From Ionaspis alba (taxonomy: Eukaryota), in contig CAXUUL010000010.1 in the NCBI GenBank assembly GCA_964255285.1, positions 1-64,000 on the forward strand: DNA of 64,000 bases, written 5' to 3'. The position numbers were made by a program, and so were the translations under genes. Under the pieces are notes generated by a model. That model saw only the letters and a list, made by a program, of their open reading frames with translations, did not search any database and was not told the origin of the DNA. Below are positions 63,831 through 64,000 of this stretch, in pieces (position 1 is the stretch's first letter; each line of letters opens with the position of its first letter).

Positions 63831-64000
63831 ATGGCTGGACCCGGTGGAGGACCGCCTCGAAAGAGCCATACGAAATCCAGGAATGGCTGCAGGACCTGCA
63901 AGAGACGACACATTCGCTGTGACGAGAGATGGCCGCAATGGTATGTCCACCCTGCGATCAAATTCGCTCCTTCTCCTTTTCACGCGACCTCTGGGCACAA
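63831..64000 (+). CDS. Zn(II)2Cys6 transcription factor, exon 1 (63831-63940) plus start of intron; runs off window
   Basis: MAGPGGGPPRKSHTKSRNGCRTCKRRHIRCDERWPQ(C) followed by GTATGT donor at 63941; absent from the ORF track. Confidence 0.92.
   Translation, partial: MAGPGGGPPRKSHTKSRNGCRTCKRRHIRCDERWPQWYVHPAIKFAPSPFHATSGH

Noticed and set aside
1..64000. tRNA, rRNA, intact transposons, secondary-metabolite cluster
   Set aside because: No cloverleaf, rRNA, transposase/RT, PKS or NRPS signature seen by eye; a tRNAscan or Rfam run could still find small RNAs I missed.

Overview
Gene-dense, intron-containing region of a filamentous ascomycete (Pezizomycotina) genome. It is a short-read scaffold with seven 100-N gaps, four of which have exact 55-bp flank duplications (k-mer assembly artefacts). 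About 29 protein genes are supportable. Most are housekeeping: Mic19, glucokinase, Naa50-like GNAT, Sgf11, Rrp43, signal peptide peptidase, Rab escort protein, Prp18, SAP18, NDUFB4, GST, importin-beta1, Apc4, delta-COP, NIPA transporter, PI synthase, Ptc6-like PP2C and transportin. Accessory-type genes are a PTH11-like membrane protein, a methyltransferase, a HET-domain protein and an orphan. The ORF track misses two features: a box C/D snoRNA in an unusually long intron of the Rab-escort gene, and the first exon of a Zn2Cys6 transcription factor at the end of a 5-kb gene-free stretch. The snoRNA has a snR62/SNORD34-type 25S guide plus a second, apparently non-yeast 18S guide. Also notable is an OSGIN/OKL38-like flavoprotein ending in a CaaX box. 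Family assignments come from motif recognition by eye, not database searches, and exon boundaries are manual estimates.
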